From the IMG/VR virus record IMGVR_UViG_2875713109_000001: a stretch of DNA of 64,000 nucleotides. One strand, given 5' to 3'. The stretch is from a virus (lineage: Duplodnaviria; Heunggongvirae; Uroviricota; Caudoviricetes). The translations under genes and the position numbers were made by a program. The notes below the pieces were generated by a model. It did not search any database. It was not told where the DNA came from and saw nothing but the letters and a program-made list of their open reading frames with translations. Within the stretch, counting starts at the first letter, position 1. The number at the start of each line of letters is the position of its first letter. Below, one piece after another: positions 62,723-64,000 of this stretch.

Positions 62723-63159
62723 GTTTTCTCTCCAGCCTGTGCCAAGGCTTCAACTTCCAAATCGTAAGACTCAAACTCATAGTCCTGGTCGTCAACTTCT
62801 TCAGGCACTGGCAGTAAATGCCAGGCTGAGTATATCTGACCATTATCAAAACGCTCCTGGCTGTAGAGCGTCGCGGCTATGAGTGTTAGCGCCGGGCGGT
62901 CATAACGGTAAATTTTGCGAACGTCACGGTCAACGAGACGACCGAAATTACCATAACCGCGCTCCAGTAATAATTTTTTAATTTCCGGCCAGTATGGACC
63001 ATAGCTGCGGTACAGGCGGGGATTTTTCAGTAATCGCCCGCGTAGCCCTGACAGGAAGAAATCAACGTATTCGTCTTCTGTCTTTCCTAACAACGCTGTA
63101 CGGAGTACCGCCTCAAGATATGTTTTATTCGGTTTTATTGTATCAGATAGTGTGGCCAT
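62719..63159 (-). CDS. hypothetical protein (146 aa), ulx position
   Basis: ORF overlapping lxc start. Confidence 0.45.
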   Translation of the reverse strand: MATLSDTIKPNKTYLEAVLRTALLGKTEDEYVDFFLSGLRGRLLKNPRLYRSYGPYWPEIKKLLLERGYGNFGRLVDRDVRKIYRYDRPALTLIAATLYSQERFDNGQIYSAWHLLPVPEEVDDQDYEFESYDLEVEALAQAGEKT

Positions 63160-63192
63160 ATTATGCGACGCCCGGCGAACCGGGCGCTCCTG

Positions 63193-64000
63193 TTATGCGT
63201 ATTGTTGGATGACGGCCAGAACGTCCGCCACGTTGTGTTTTGTCTCGATAATCCACCAGTTACCTGGGAAGTCGCTGTTCTTCGCCTTCGCTGGCAACCA
63301 GCGAGCGCCGAATTTCGCCTTGATTGCGTCTTTCGCACGGAAAAGAACCCCTTTCATGCCGGAGGCTTCCTGAAGCCCAAATACCTCGCCAGCGGCGAAT
63401 TTTGGTGCGTACATCATCTTCAGGTCGGCGGTGGATACGCGATAATTCAGACCAAGAGACTGAGCTATGCTGGTGGCATCACCCTGTATTGATGATAACT
63501 CTTCTTGTTTCTCGTTTCTGGCGGCAATTTCTTCCTCCGTGATGTTGCCAAGGGCCAGGTTTATCCGATCAGCATCTGCCTGTTTCTCTTCATCGGTGCG
63601 CCCGGCAAGTACCGTGTTAATTCTGTGCAATATCTCCACATGATTCTTGCGCATGCTGAGCAATTCCGGCGTAACCTCGTTAAGGTCCACCAGCCCAAGG
63701 ATGGCAAGGTCGGTAAACATTGATACCAGGTTGTAGGTCATGCGATAGCTGAGTTGCCCATAGGCTGATGGCAACTGCACCGCATCCATTTGATAGGCAT
63801 CCATAAATTTAGAGCCGTCGTTTACGACATCCGCAATTGCCGGTGTGATTTTCCCTGTGGTGGCGGCCTCCCTGATTGCTGTTACCCACGATTGAGTCAG
63901 CGCGGCGAATGCATGATTCAGATTGGCTTCCCGTTCTGCTGCGATGCGCGCGCTTGCTGCGTCCATTGCCTGCTTGATCTCGGCTTTATTGCTGTAAATG
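63193..64000 (-). CDS. C-terminal part of a large protein (possibly DarB-region gene); 5' end beyond window
   Basis: Minus-strand frame open from window end to stop at 63193; position upstream of ulx/lxc/mod. Confidence 0.4.
   Translation of the reverse strand, partial: IYSNKAEIKQAMDAASARIAAEREANLNHAFAALTQSWVTAIREAATTGKITPAIADVVNDGSKFMDAYQMDAVQLPSAYGQLSYRMTYNLVSMFTDLAILGLVDLNEVTPELLSMRKNHVEILHRINTVLAGRTDEEKQADADRINLALGNITEEEIAARNEKQEELSSIQGDATSIAQSLGLNYRVSTADLKMMYAPKFAAGEVFGLQEASGMKGVLFRAKDAIKAKFGARWLPAKAKNSDFPGNWWIIETKHNVADVLAVIQQYA

Overview
This window reads as a contiguous ~64 kb segment of a P1-family phage-plasmid (plasmid prophage), based on loxP plus Cre, the C1/Coi immunity region, PacA with its internal pac site, RepA flanked by incC/incA iterons, ParA/ParB, Phd/Doc, Ban, Dmt, three tRNAs and a type III res/mod pair. 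Left to right: minus-strand morphogenesis-like genes and a lipoprotein/secreted-protein pair; immI (c4-like RNA, icd, ant); kilA-repL; an AT-rich two-gene cassette; virion structural genes; parS-parB-parA-incA-repA-oriR; a PAAR-like/spanin-like block; hrdC-dmt; a tRNA island (Asn, Thr, Ile2-type) with upl/plp-like genes; ban-dbn; a baseplate-like block; a long plus-strand accessory region (TraR-like, VRR-NUC, two GxGPS paralogs, ppp, glycosyltransferase-like, coiled-coil protein, HAD-like phosphatase, Ead/Ea22-like, DUF551-like); phd-doc; lpa; pacA-pacB; a second c4-icd-ant-like module; c1-coi; loxP-cre-cra-ref-mat; res-mod; lxc, ulx and the 3' end of a large gene. At least 15 copies of the C1 operator motif (ATTGCTCTAATAAATTT-like) mark repressor-controlled operons. 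No rRNA, CRISPR array or IS element was found; no IS1 sits between mat and res. The best candidates for undescribed biology are the AT-rich DUF3800-like two-gene cassette after repL, the translationally coupled GxGPS-phosphatase-glycosyltransferase operon, the operator-flanked coiled-coil/HAD operon, and the second antirepressor module beside immC. All calls come from reading the sequence and recalled family signatures; no database search was run, and gene names for structural and unknown genes are tentative.
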